From NCBI GenBank assembly GCA_951813565.1, contig OX638351.1, positions 4,320,001 to 4,384,000 of the forward strand: a stretch of 64,000 nucleotides of DNA. Reading direction: 5' to 3'. Made by a program: the position numbers and the translations under genes. The notes under the pieces are model-generated. The model did no database searches. It was given only the letters and a program-made list of their open reading frames with translations, and had not been told where the DNA came from. This document shows, piece after piece, positions 29,940-40,357 of this stretch (the first letter of the stretch is position 1; every line of letters begins with the position of its first letter). This DNA is from an uncultured Poribacteria bacterium. Lineage in GTDB: Bacteria; Poribacteria; WGA-4E; WGA-3G.

Positions 29940-30743
29940 ATGTTGCAAAAAATAAAAGAACTCATAGCACAATTTTTATGTGTAATTCTCGTAGTAACGC
30001 TTGCAGGATGTTATATTGATGCAGACGTTGACAACGACTATATTGACCTTGAACCACCTGCTGTCCCGCGAGGTGTTAGAACTATCACAGGGGATGAGTA
30101 TGTCCGTATTGAGTGGTACCCGAATGCAGAATTTGACGTGGAAGGTTACACTGTATGGCGTAGTGAAGATAACAAAGATTTTGAGTCAATATCTGATCTA
30201 CCTGTTGGAAGTACAGACTATGTTGATAGAGATGTTCGCAACGGAAGAACATACTACTATGCCGTTACCGCTTACGATTCAAACGGAAATGAAAGCGAAC
30301 TCAGTCCCGAAAACGCTTGGGACACACCACGACCAGAAGGCAGGAATATTACATTAGATGATTACCAGCTTGCGCCTGATCGCAGCGGTTTTGATTTCTC
30401 ACATCCGCATAAAGGAACTATCGCGTGGGATAATAGAACGGCAGATGTCTATTTTGGGTTAGATACGGTGGTAAATATTACCTATCTCTATTCAGACAAC
30501 GAAACCGCGATGCAAGATTTGGGGTATCACGAAAACTTTGATGATGTTGATGTTGTTCCAGAATTCGGTTATACAACGTTGTTTGTTGAACTCATTGAAG
30601 GGCATATCTACGCCATTTATACCGCTGATGGGAACTTCGCTAAAATACATGTGCGCAAACTATTTGATGATGCTGTAGTCTTTGACTGGGCATACCAAAC
30701 TGATCCAGAGAATATACAATTAGCACCCGCATTACCCCATTAA
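29940..30743 (+). CDS. Fibronectin type III domain lipoprotein
   Basis: AGGAG RBS, lipobox LAGC, PPAVPRGV..W..GYTVWRS..YYYAVTAYD.GNES. Confidence 0.82.
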   Translation: MLQKIKELIAQFLCVILVVTLAGCYIDADVDNDYIDLEPPAVPRGVRTITGDEYVRIEWYPNAEFDVEGYTVWRSEDNKDFESISDLPVGSTDYVDRDVRNGRTYYYAVTAYDSNGNESELSPENAWDTPRPEGRNITLDDYQLAPDRSGFDFSHPHKGTIAWDNRTADVYFGLDTVVNITYLYSDNETAMQDLGYHENFDDVDVVPEFGYTTLFVELIEGHIYAIYTADGNFAKIHVRKLFDDAVVFDWAYQTDPENIQLAPALPH

Positions 30744-30912
30744 GAAGAACGTTCCGCTCTATTTCTGGTCTTAGAATTGCGGTTAAGTCTATAGAGTAAA
30801 CACCCAATGGTAGGCGCGCTTTGTAAGCGCGCCGATCAAAGCGTCCCGTTAATTGTGAGATCTATATTTGATAACCGGGTGATGCAAGTGTGCAAAACCG
30901 AAAGGAGGACTT

Positions 30913-31521
30913 GTGAAAAAATATCTTATTCTTTTATTATTTGCTTTTTTCACCATAATTTACACCCAAACGGTGGCGTTATCAGCTGATCAATACCCTC
31001 CCAATGAAAAACAGATTTCAAAACCGCAGGTATCACGCTCAACACAAGATGCCCAAGCTGAAACGATTTACCCGTTATTCCGTACCCATGGCACCCAATA
31101 CTACCCGGTACGGAGTCCACGCAAAGCATTGTTATTGTCGGCATCTATGCCCGGTTTAGGGCAGGCTTACGCTGACAATTATCTCAAAGCTACACTGTTT
31201 CTGGCATCAGAGATAGGCGTTTTTTCTTTAGCAAGTTATAATATTGCGCGGGCATTACATTATAGAAACCATGACACATTTGGAACAGGATTCTATGATG
31301 AAAGGACGAGTAATTTTTTAACCAAAGACCAAGTCAAGTCAAGAATGGCAGATCATAGTATCCGCGGCTCACTTTTCCTAATTGCAGGCATTGGTTTGCA
31401 CGTCTGGAATATCTTGGATGCTTCCAAAACAGCTGAACATTATAATAATCGAAGAATTTCTGTCCAAATGCAACAAACTAAACATGGGGCACACGCGCTT
31501 ATTTTTACCCATCAGTTTTAA
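30913..31521 (+). CDS. Hypothetical secreted/membrane protein (DUF5683-like)
   Basis: SPRKALLLSASMPGLGQAY and WNILDA motifs. Confidence 0.65.
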   Translation: MKKYLILLLFAFFTIIYTQTVALSADQYPPNEKQISKPQVSRSTQDAQAETIYPLFRTHGTQYYPVRSPRKALLLSASMPGLGQAYADNYLKATLFLASEIGVFSLASYNIARALHYRNHDTFGTGFYDERTSNFLTKDQVKSRMADHSIRGSLFLIAGIGLHVWNILDASKTAEHYNNRRISVQMQQTKHGAHALIFTHQF

Positions 31522-31654
31522 CGCCTTCATTGTCAAGAATTGATAGGTATGGGTGAAAAGATCTCGGCTTGCCCTACATGCTGTCAAGGCACTTCACAAT
31601 TGAATATTGTTTTTTTGATATAGAAATAGTTGATATATCTCTGGAGTTATTAAT

Positions 31655-32482
31655 GTGAATTATGCGAAGTGCTTATCATTAATCATATTATTTATAATCG
31701 GAATTGGTTTGCCGTTATCAGATATTGTTTCGGAAGAACCAATATCTAAGAATACCTCCCAAAAAAATCAGACAAATGGAGAAATTTTCCTCGTAGATGT
31801 TGAAGACGTTTCTGAACATCCACTGAGAGTTGGTGAAAAATTGACTTATAGCGTGAAGATTGGTTGGGCGCCATTGGGAAAACGGGTTGATTATATTGTC
31901 CGAAAAACACCTTTTAATGGGCAAAATGTATACCAGATCCGATCTGAGGCTAAAACTGGCGCACTTGCAAGGATTTACCGCTTTCAGAATCTTCAGTTTT
32001 CGTATCTCAACGTTGACGGACTTCACCCAATATATTTTAGAAATCAACTTCAAGATAGAAAATATAGAGCTAAGGTGGAGATCAATTTTCGAGATAAGGA
32101 AGCAGAATATGAGAAAATTTCACAAATTAACTCAAAAACCCCAGAGAAGCATGAGAAGAAAACATTAACGATACCAATCGGCACACAAGATGAACTTTCT
32201 ATGCTCTACTTTCTCCGCCGTAAGCGGTTGGCACCAGGCAACACCTACTTTTTTCCATTAATTAGCAAAGGCAAAGTTATGAAAGTTCGCTTGAAAGTTG
32301 AACGCGGAGATGTGTTAAAAACAAAGAGTTTAGGTGCTGTAAGAACACTTGTGGTGCAAACTTCTGAAGGTTCTCGGCTTTGGCTAACTGATGATTCGCG
32401 CCATATCCCCGTGAGAATTGAAGCAGAGATGAAAGTTGGCAAAATGAAAGCAAACCTTGAGAAAATTGAATCTATAAGATAA
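31655..32482 (+). CDS. DUF3108-like secreted protein
   Basis: GEKLTYSV, QDELSMLYFLR, LWLTDDSRHIPVRIE. Confidence 0.78.
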   Translation: MNYAKCLSLIILFIIGIGLPLSDIVSEEPISKNTSQKNQTNGEIFLVDVEDVSEHPLRVGEKLTYSVKIGWAPLGKRVDYIVRKTPFNGQNVYQIRSEAKTGALARIYRFQNLQFSYLNVDGLHPIYFRNQLQDRKYRAKVEINFRDKEAEYEKISQINSKTPEKHEKKTLTIPIGTQDELSMLYFLRRKRLAPGNTYFFPLISKGKVMKVRLKVERGDVLKTKSLGAVRTLVVQTSEGSRLWLTDDSRHIPVRIEAEMKVGKMKANLEKIESIR

Positions 32483-32541
32483 ACAGTTCGGTTATTAGGT
32501 GCAATAAACACACGTAAAATTCAGTAACGCTTTTATCCTAT

Positions 32542-33047
32542 TATAACCCAAGTTGCTACCTATATCGCGAATGCTCTTGTAGGAGGGGTTTCTAACCCCG
32601 ATTTAAAAAAGAAAGCATAAGAATTAGCTGGAAATCCTTGTTTTTCAGTAAAAAGCAATGTCTACAAGCTTGAAATCTTGTCCGTAGCAACTTAGGTTAT
32701 TATAGTGGATTTTACAATTAACTGGACATTGCCACTCGGACGGACAAGTGTTCTACAGTTTTAAAGTCGCGACCTGCGAATCAACGCCAAATGCGCTTTT
32801 GGCATTTGGCGGGTCGCTACTACAGGAAGAGGCGCAATGAATTGCGCTTGGTGTTCTCCGCGTTTTCCGCGATTCAGACAGAAAAAAGATCAAAAGTACC
32901 GAATTAAAAAATTAATCTTCATTTAGTTTGTGCACTATTAGACGCAAACTAAAAGTTTACGCTACGATATTTCGCGTATAATGCAAATTTCTTGATCAAA
33001 AATGGTGTCTACAGATCTAAAATCTTGTCCGTAGCAACTTAGGTTAT
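32542..33047. mobile_element. Composite MITE cluster (TATAACCYAAGTTGCTAC family plus TATAGTGGAT end, REPs and a 34-nt unit at 32777-32810)
   Basis: One left TIR at 32542 and two right TIRs ending 32700 and 33047; internal sequence homologous to 2380-2805. Confidence 0.75.
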
Positions 33048-33089
33048 TATGTAGGTGTAATCCCGCTACCGAGCAACAAGGAACAGTTT

Positions 33090-36000
33090 GTGCAAGAGTT
33101 TTTACGAAGAACGAAAGATTATCAGAAACTGATTGAATGCCTTAAGAATGGAGAAAACCCTCCGTGGCTCAGAGGGTTACGCAACGCTTCAACTTCCTAT
33201 TTCTTGGCGAGTCTAATAGAAGATTTCCCAAACAAATCTTTCCTTATCGTTTTTCCTTCACACCGCGAAGCAGAACAGGTACTGGAAGAGGTGCGCGCGT
33301 TCCAAAACTGCAATTTAGAACATAGGAATGCTGCACCGACTGATCCACATACCGACCTATTTCTTTTTCAGGCGTGGCAGAATACGCTATTTGAAGGTGC
33401 CTCACCAACCAAAAATATTTGTGTTGATCGAATGCGGTGTCTTTATAGTCTTATTACAAAAAATAGTAGTGCAGACGCGTTTGATGCTTCACTAGCTACA
33501 CCACAAAGTGTTGTGTTCACAACGATTCGTGGATTATCTTATAAACTTCCATTACGTAAAACATTAGCCGCAGCGTGTCAAACCTTTAAAATCGGTGATG
33601 AGATAGAATTGCATGAACTAATTGCCTTTCTTATTCGCAGCGGATACCGACAAGTGGAACTGGTTGAAGTAAAGGGAGAATTCGCACACAGAGGCGATAT
33701 TTTAGATATATATCCGCTCACTTCCGATGCTCCTATCAGGCTCGATTTTTTTGGGGATGAACTTGATGAGATTCGTCTGTTTGACCCGACTTCGCAAGTT
33801 TCAATAGAGCAGCAGCCTTCAGTTGTTATCACACCGATGTCAGAAGTATGTCTCGCTGACATCTCCATGCCACATTGGAAATCACAAACTGAACGACTGA
33901 TGAAGCAAACTGCCAATTCTCCCGATTTTATCAATTCCATTCGGGAAATGACACACCTGTTAGAGGACAGTCTCAAACGGGTAAAATCAGATAGCATAAA
34001 TGTAATTGACGAACCTCCAGTGGAAATTGACGGAGTTGAAGCATTCTTACCGATGCTATTCCCGCAAACAGAGATGTTGACGGATTATCTACCAGATGAA
34101 ACGATTGTTTTCATGGTTGAGCCTCGATGGCAAACACGAGAAGCGGAACAGATGCGTGAGCAACTACAGGAAATATATGATAGAAAATTGGCAGAAGGAA
34201 AATTAATGCCTACACTTGATAGTTTGCTGGTGCCTACTGATACACTTCAATCCGAATTAGAAAACTATCCGAACATCTCTATCTCTTTAGCGTCTCCCAC
34301 GACCGATCAAGAAAATAAAAAGATACCCGTTGACGCCAATCAGTCCACGGACACCTTGGAACTCCATTTTGATATGCAGTCGCTCGGACACGGTAGAGGC
34401 AACTACCAGATGGTTATTGACTATATCAAAAGGTGGACAACTAAAGGATATTTCGTTAACGTATTCTGCGAAACACCACAGCAGGCAAAACGGGTCTTAG
34501 AGATGTTAATTGAGCGCGATTTACCACCTGAGCAAATTTCTGTATCTGTAGGCTTTATCTCTGAAGGCTTTTTGAGTGAATTCCTCAAGCTTGTTGTCAT
34601 TTCAGAAAATGAAATTTTTGGTAATCGTCAGCGGCGAGCCGTCTCATCAAAACGATACAAAAACGGGGCACCACTTCTAAGTCTCGTAGATATGAAAGTG
34701 GGCGACTACGTCGTTCATGTTTCTCACGGTATAGGGATTTATGAAGGTATTCGCCGCATGGATATTGATGGGCAATCTCAGGATTTTCTTATCCTTAGAT
34801 ACAGGGAAGCGGACAAACTCTATGTACCAACTTACCAAGTTGATCTGGTGCAAAAGTATATTGGAAACAAAGACGAGTCATACCAACCGAGCATAGACTA
34901 TCTCGGTGGTAAATCTTGGGAAAAGAAAAAAGGACGTGCAAAAGCTGCCGTTGAAGAAATGGCAGGTGAACTCCTTAAACTATACGCTGCTCGTCAAGCT
35001 AACAGAGGTTATAGTTTTCCGACAGAAGTGCCGTGGGAAGGCGAATTTGAAGCACTTTTTCCTTTCCAAGAAACAGATGACCAACTTCAAGCCATTGAAG
35101 ATGTTAAAGCCGACATGGAGACTGAAAGACCAATGGATCGGCTTATCTGTGGGGATGTTGGATACGGTAAGACAGAAGTAGCATTACGCGCCGCTTTCAA
35201 AGCAGTAATGGCAGAAAAACAGGTTGCACTGCTTGTCCCGACAACTATTCTTGCTTTGCAACACTACGACACCTTTGAAAAACGTTTCAAACCGTTTCCT
35301 ATTCATGTTGAAATGTTAAACCGTTTTCGCAGCCAAAAGGAGATAAAATCGGTTAAAGAAAAACTTGAAAAAGGGACCGTCGATATCGTCATCGGCACTC
35401 ATTCCTTACTTTCCGATACTGTCTCTTTTGACAACCTTGGACTACTCATCGTTGACGAAGAACATCGCTTCGGCGTGAAACACAAAGAAAAAATCAAGCA
35501 GTATAAAGAGACTGTAGATGTTCTCACACTTACGGCTACACCGATTCCACGTACTTTGCACATGTCTCTTGTCGGCATAAGAGATTTCAGTATCATCAAC
35601 ACGCCACCAGCCAATAGATTGCCAATTCAAACGCATGTCCTGCCTTACAATTCTAAGGTTATCCGAGACGCAATAACGAATGAATTAACAAGAAACGGAC
35701 AGGTATTTTTTGTCCACAACCGTGTCCAGAATATCGCTATTATTGCCAAAACCATTCAAGAACTCGTTCCACATGCACGTGTCGCTATTGCTCACGGGCA
35801 AATGCCGGAACGTGAGTTAGAAAGTGTTATGTTAGAGTTTGTCCGCCACAAACATGATATCCTCGTTTGTACTATGATTATTGAGTCCGGATTAGACATT
35901 CCTAATGTTAATACCATCATGATAAATCGGGCGGACGCTTTCGGATTAGCACAGTTATATCAACTCCGCGGTCGAGTTGGACGTGCCGATGAACAAGCTT

Positions 36001-36695
36001 ATGGCTATCTTTTCTATCCACAGGATAAACCGATTACTGAAGGTGCACAGAAACGGCTCCGTGTCATAGAAGAGTTTACGGACCTCGGCTCCGGTTTTAA
36101 AATCGCTTTGAGAGATTTAGAGATAAGAGGGGCAGGGAACATCCTCGGTGCACAACAACATGGACATATCACAAATGTTGGTTATGAACTCTACTGTAAG
36201 CTGCTTGATGAGGCTGTCCGAAAATTAAAAGGTGAAAAAGTTGAAGAAGAAATTGAAATCAGTATCAATTTACCTATTGAAGCATTTCTTCCTGACGACT
36301 ATATTCCTGACAGTCGACAAAAAATTTCTATCTACAAGAAAATTTCTGCTCTAAAAACTGATACAGATAAACATGAACTCACCAACGAACTTAAAGACAG
36401 ATATGGAGATATACCAGAACCTGTTGAGATGTTGCTTGAAATCTCAAGTATCAAACAACTCTGTCAAAAACTCGGTATTACAGCCATTGTCGCGGGAGGT
36501 AATCGGATTAAAGTGACCTTTGATGAACACAACCCCCGAATAGATGTGACCCAGTTCGTTGAGGCAGTTCATAAAAACCCACAACTTGAATTACGCCCAC
36601 CAGCACAACTGATGGTTGGTATAGAAAATTTAACTGGAAAGAAGTTATTAACCGAATTGCAACGAATTTTAAATATATTTGTTGTATCTGATTGA
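33090..36695 (+). CDS. mfd: Transcription-repair coupling factor
   Basis: UvrB-like [17 protein letters not shown] domain, [29 protein letters not shown]-terminus. Confidence 0.97.
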   Translation: MQEFLRRTKDYQKLIECLKNGENPPWLRGLRNASTSYFLASLIEDFPNKSFLIVFPSHREAEQVLEEVRAFQNCNLEHRNAAPTDPHTDLFLFQAWQNTLFEGASPTKNICVDRMRCLYSLITKNSSADAFDASLATPQSVVFTTIRGLSYKLPLRKTLAAACQTFKIGDEIELHELIAFLIRSGYRQVELVEVKGEFAHRGDILDIYPLTSDAPIRLDFFGDELDEIRLFDPTSQVSIEQQPSVVITPMSEVCLADISMPHWKSQTERLMKQTANSPDFINSIREMTHLLEDSLKRVKSDSINVIDEPPVEIDGVEAFLPMLFPQTEMLTDYLPDETIVFMVEPRWQTREAEQMREQLQEIYDRKLAEGKLMPTLDSLLVPTDTLQSELENYPNISISLASPTTDQENKKIPVDANQSTDTLELHFDMQSLGHGRGNYQMVIDYIKRWTTKGYFVNVFCETPQQAKRVLEMLIERDLPPEQISVSVGFISEGFLSEFLKLVVISENEIFGNRQRRAVSSKRYKNGAPLLSLVDMKVGDYVVHVSHGIGIYEGIRRMDIDGQSQDFLILRYREADKLYVPTYQVDLVQKYIGNKDESYQPSIDYLGGKSWEKKKGRAKAAVEEMAGELLKLYAARQANRGYSFPTEVPWEGEFEALFPFQETDDQLQAIEDVKADMETERPMDRLICGDVGYGKTEVALRAAFKAVMAEKQVALLVPTTILALQHYDTFEKRFKPFPIHVEMLNRFRSQKEIKSVKEKLEKGTVDIVIGTHSLLSDTVSFDNLGLLIVDEEHRFGVKHKEKIKQYKETVDVLTLTATPIPRTLHMSLVGIRDFSIINTPPANRLPIQTHVLPYNSKVIRDAITNELTRNGQVFFVHNRVQNIAIIAKTIQELVPHARVAIAHGQMPERELESVMLEFVRHKHDILVCTMIIESGLDIPNVNTIMINRADAFGLAQLYQLRGRVGRADEQAYGYLFYPQDKPITEGAQKRLRVIEEFTDLGSGFKIALRDLEIRGAGNILGAQQHGHITNVGYELYCKLLDEAVRKLKGEKVEEEIEISINLPIEAFLPDDYIPDSRQKISIYKKISALKTDTDKHELTNELKDRYGDIPEPVEMLLEISSIKQLCQKLGITAIVAGGNRIKVTFDEHNPRIDVTQFVEAVHKNPQLELRPPAQLMVGIENLTGKKLLTELQRILNIFVVSD

Positions 36696-36755
36696 ACTAT
36701 TTTATATGCGTGAGGTATAATAACACCTCAGCAAAATTGAAAGGAGAATTCCAAA

Positions 36756-37733
36756 GTGAAAAAATCTATTATTGTTGTGGCAGCAGTTGTTGCAACCTGT
36801 CTGCTCACTTGGTCTCTTGTCCGCTCCGACAACCACAAATCTGCTGAAGAACAGGTTGACAATAGCCAAATCATTATAGCAGAGTACAAGTGGGGTGGTG
36901 AACTTCACCAAATTTCTCTTGCTGAATTGGAAGCAGCTATTGCTGAATTGCCAACCTACCGCCAGCGAAATTATGCTACTAAAGCGGGGAAAGCAGAATA
37001 CTTAGAGGATTATATCGATGAAAGACTCAAACTGCTTCAAGCTACAGATGCTGGCTTTGATAAACTCCTCGAACATCTCCAAAAATTAGATGATTATACC
37101 CATCAACTCATGGTAGAAAAGCTCACTGAAGCGGAAGTTGATGCTAAGGCGACTTATACTGATGATGACCTCATGGCATTCTATGATGAACACAAAAGTG
37201 AATACATTGAAGAAGCAAAAGTGCGCGCCACCTGCATTACTCTTGATGATGAAGACTTAGCTAATGAAACTTTGGATCAGATTAAAGCTGGAACAGACAT
37301 CGTTGAGATGGCAAAGAAACTTTTTGAGGAAAAGAAATTGGCGAATGGCCCTGGCAGTGCAAGTGAAGAGGATCCTGGTAATACATTCTTCTTTGGCAAA
37401 AGTGCACCGCAGAGTTGGTCTGAATTTATTGAGGAAGTTTTTGAAATGGAAATCGGAGATATGACCGATTCCGTTTTTGAAACGGATGTCAATGATACAA
37501 CATATTACCTCATTTTCCGTAAAGAGGAACATCAACCAGAACGCCAAAAGGAATTTGAGGAAGTCAAATCCGACATTGAACGGAAAGTTCAACGAGAGAA
37601 GAAACGCGCCCGCATTCTTGAATGGGTTGAAGAAATCTCTCTGGTAGCGAAACTAAAAACTTACCCTGAGAACATTCCTGCTCTGGTCCAGCCAGAAACA
37701 GCGGAAGAGAAATCCGATACGTCTGAGGAGTAG
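36756..37733 (+). CDS. PpiC/parvulin-type foldase (PrsA/SurA-like)
   Basis: Signal/anchor, helical chaperone domain, parvulin-like segment, FEEVKSDIE. Confidence 0.78.
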   Translation: MKKSIIVVAAVVATCLLTWSLVRSDNHKSAEEQVDNSQIIIAEYKWGGELHQISLAELEAAIAELPTYRQRNYATKAGKAEYLEDYIDERLKLLQATDAGFDKLLEHLQKLDDYTHQLMVEKLTEAEVDAKATYTDDDLMAFYDEHKSEYIEEAKVRATCITLDDEDLANETLDQIKAGTDIVEMAKKLFEEKKLANGPGSASEEDPGNTFFFGKSAPQSWSEFIEEVFEMEIGDMTDSVFETDVNDTTYYLIFRKEEHQPERQKEFEEVKSDIERKVQREKKRARILEWVEEISLVAKLKTYPENIPALVQPETAEEKSDTSEE

Positions 37734-37766
37734 TTCCGTAGCATTACCTTAAAGGAGGTAGCATTA

Positions 37767-38741
37767 ATGAAAAAATATACTTATATCCGCTTCATCTTAT
37801 TACTCCCTATTCTTGCCGCACTTCCGTTCTTATATAGTTGTGGCGACAAAGCAATTGGTGCAGATGGAACTGTCATCGCTGAATTTGAGTGGGACGGGAA
37901 ACAGCGAATCACACTTGAAGAAATGATGCAGGAAATCAGCGAACTTCCTGAATACAAACAACGTCAATATCAAGACAAAGAGGGGCTTGAAGAATACATG
38001 ACCCTCATGGCTGAAAGCCGTTTAATCCTTTGTCTTGCCAAAGACCGGAAACTCAACGAAGATCAGGAAATTCTCAAAAAGGTCAAGGATTATCTTCACG
38101 ATTTAATGATTGATAGGATCACGGAACGCGAAGTTGACAGCAAACTTATCTTGTCAGAAGATGATTATCAGGCATATTATGATACGCATAAAGAGGATTA
38201 CGTCCGTCCGGAACAAGTCCGATTATTGTGCCTCACGCTTCTGGATAAAGAACGCGCCGATGAAGTTTTTGCTGAAATCAAAGCAGGTAAAGACATTGCA
38301 GTTGTCGCGCAAGAGCTGTCTGATAGAGGTGAATTGGTGGGACCTGGTGCTAATCCTGCATCCCCTGGTGACACTGACTATATTAGCAAAAACTCTTATC
38401 CGCCGGGAACAGAACCGTTTATGGATGCTGCCTTCAGTGCAGAAGTTGGTTCACTCCATCCATCAGTCATTGAAGTTGAAGTGCAAGGTGAAAAATACTA
38501 TATGATGTTCCGTAAAGAAGATGGGAGGGATGCACATCAGAGACCCTTTAGTGAAGAGGATGTGCGTAAAAACGTAATAAGAAAAGTTGAACGAGAACGT
38601 CGGGATGCCCTGATGAATGCGTGGATCTCGCAACTCCGGGAACGTGCCGAAGTAAAAACCTTTATTGACCGCATTCCGGAGGATAAACCTCCTGAAGAGG
38701 AATCTGAGAATCCATCCGAACAGACATCACCTGAGGAATAG
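37767..38741 (+). CDS. PpiC/parvulin-type foldase lipoprotein
   Basis: Lipobox LYSC; paralog of 36756. Confidence 0.78.
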   Translation: MKKYTYIRFILLLPILAALPFLYSCGDKAIGADGTVIAEFEWDGKQRITLEEMMQEISELPEYKQRQYQDKEGLEEYMTLMAESRLILCLAKDRKLNEDQEILKKVKDYLHDLMIDRITEREVDSKLILSEDDYQAYYDTHKEDYVRPEQVRLLCLTLLDKERADEVFAEIKAGKDIAVVAQELSDRGELVGPGANPASPGDTDYISKNSYPPGTEPFMDAAFSAEVGSLHPSVIEVEVQGEKYYMMFRKEDGRDAHQRPFSEEDVRKNVIRKVERERRDALMNAWISQLRERAEVKTFIDRIPEDKPPEEESENPSEQTSPEE

Positions 38742-38768
38742 ATTCTCAACGAAGTGATGTCAGATAGT

Positions 38769-38804
38769 ACGGGCGGCACCACACTAACCGCCCGTCTTAC
38801 TTTT
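38769..38804 (+). terminator. Possible intrinsic terminator/attenuator
   Basis: ACGGGCGG-loop-CCGCCCGT followed by CTTACTTTT. Confidence 0.45.
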
Positions 38805-38831
38805 ATAGACTCTCAAAATTGGAGGCACTTT

Positions 38832-40163
38832 ATGAAACCCAAAACAGTTGTTATTGTGCTGCTAATTGTGCTTCTCATCTACAGCGGCGTTACACCTACT
38901 ATCGCGAAGATATTTGATGAAATAATCGCCTATGTTAACGATGATGTTATCACCAAACGACAACTTGACACCTTGGTTAAGCAATATGCATTTGAACTCC
39001 AGCAAATTCACCGATACACCGAAACTGAAGCACTTAAAGAAGCTGAAAAGGAGCGTGCTCAAACACTCGACAGACTTATTCGGCAAAAGTTATTGGTGGA
39101 AGCTGCCCTAACGCTGAAAATCCAAGTTCCTGATGCTGAGATTGAGGAATATATCCAAAATTTTAAAACGAAGTACCAGATTGCAACAGACGATGAGTTT
39201 AAACGACTGCTTAACCAAGACGGACTCACCGTTATAGCATTTCGTGAACAAATTCAACGGAATCTGATGACAGAAAAACTGGTTATGGGGAGAATCTTAC
39301 CAAGGCTCCAAGTGCGCGATAGTGATATTCAAAAATTTTTTGAAGAAAACCGAGACCAACTTCCAACTAAAGCTGATAGAGTTAGTTTGCGACATATATT
39401 CATTGCTTTTAAACCAACAGAAGTTGACCGAAAAATTGCATCTGACGAAGTGACTCAAGCACTTGAAGAAATACAATCAGATAAAACACAATTTGAAGGT
39501 ATAGCGCGCCGCATCGCCTCAAAACATAATTTAAATGCTGAAGCAGGGTCTCTTGTTGAGACTACTCCATCTGAAATACTTTCACTTCCCGATGCGTTCT
39601 TGACTGTCCTCGCCAAACTCAAAGCAGGGGAAGTCAGCGAAGCAACTGAAACGTCTGATGGCATCCATGTTTTCATAGTTGAAACTCGAACTGATGAGAA
39701 AATTTCGTTTCGACATTTGACTGTTCCATTCCTATTCAGCGAGGAGACTTTACAGGCTGCGCGTGAACGAGCGACGGAAATTACACAAAAATTGGAAGCA
39801 GGGGAAAATTTCATTGCCATTGCTAAAGAACATTCTGATGATATGGAAACTCGCGAAAAAGGTGGCGACTTTGGGGTTCATACCCTAACTGAGTTAAATC
39901 CAAAAATTCGGGAAGCCGTCCAATCTCTTGAGGTTGGAAAATATAGCAAGCCGCTTGAAACCGAAGTTGGTCTTTATATTTACAAAGTTGATGATCGCAA
40001 AACGCCTGAGTTGACTCAGCAAGAGAAGCAGCAAATTATCGGTATTCTACGTCAGCAACTTTTTGAAAAAGAATATGCTGCTTATACGGACTCGCTCCTT
40101 GAAAACGCCTATATCAAAATCAAACAGGACGCGGTGCCAACACCTGATGCTAAAGACAAATAA
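38832..40163 (+). CDS. surA: SurA-like chaperone with two parvulin domains
   Basis: DEIIAYVNDDVIT SurA N-domain, RHIFI, FIAIAKEHSDD..KGGDFG; GGAGG RBS; adjacent to lptD. Confidence 0.8.
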   Translation: MKPKTVVIVLLIVLLIYSGVTPTIAKIFDEIIAYVNDDVITKRQLDTLVKQYAFELQQIHRYTETEALKEAEKERAQTLDRLIRQKLLVEAALTLKIQVPDAEIEEYIQNFKTKYQIATDDEFKRLLNQDGLTVIAFREQIQRNLMTEKLVMGRILPRLQVRDSDIQKFFEENRDQLPTKADRVSLRHIFIAFKPTEVDRKIASDEVTQALEEIQSDKTQFEGIARRIASKHNLNAEAGSLVETTPSEILSLPDAFLTVLAKLKAGEVSEATETSDGIHVFIVETRTDEKISFRHLTVPFLFSEETLQAARERATEITQKLEAGENFIAIAKEHSDDMETREKGGDFGVHTLTELNPKIREAVQSLEVGKYSKPLETEVGLYIYKVDDRKTPELTQQEKQQIIGILRQQLFEKEYAAYTDSLLENAYIKIKQDAVPTPDAKDK

Positions 40164-40253
40164 CATGTGATTCGTTTGAACAAAGACTTGTGAAGAAGAA
40201 CGAAGATATTTTACCTATCATAGCCAAATCCAAAAATATGTGGACATCTTCTC

Positions 40254-40280
40254 GTAGGCGCGGTTTGAAACCGCGCCTAC
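40254..40280. repeat. GTAG-type REP hairpin
   Basis: GTAGGCGCGGTTTGAAACCGCGCCTAC; similar at ~30810 and ~32579. Confidence 0.7.
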
Positions 40281-40357
40281 CGCAGCATATAGACAATTAC
40301 AAGCTTTCCTATAATAAAATTACTCAACCCATAGTAATGTTGCTGCAGAAACTTTCA

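Noticed and set aside
40190..40336. N-terminal extension of LptD
   Set aside because: Runs through a REP hairpin and pushes the signal peptide too far from the start
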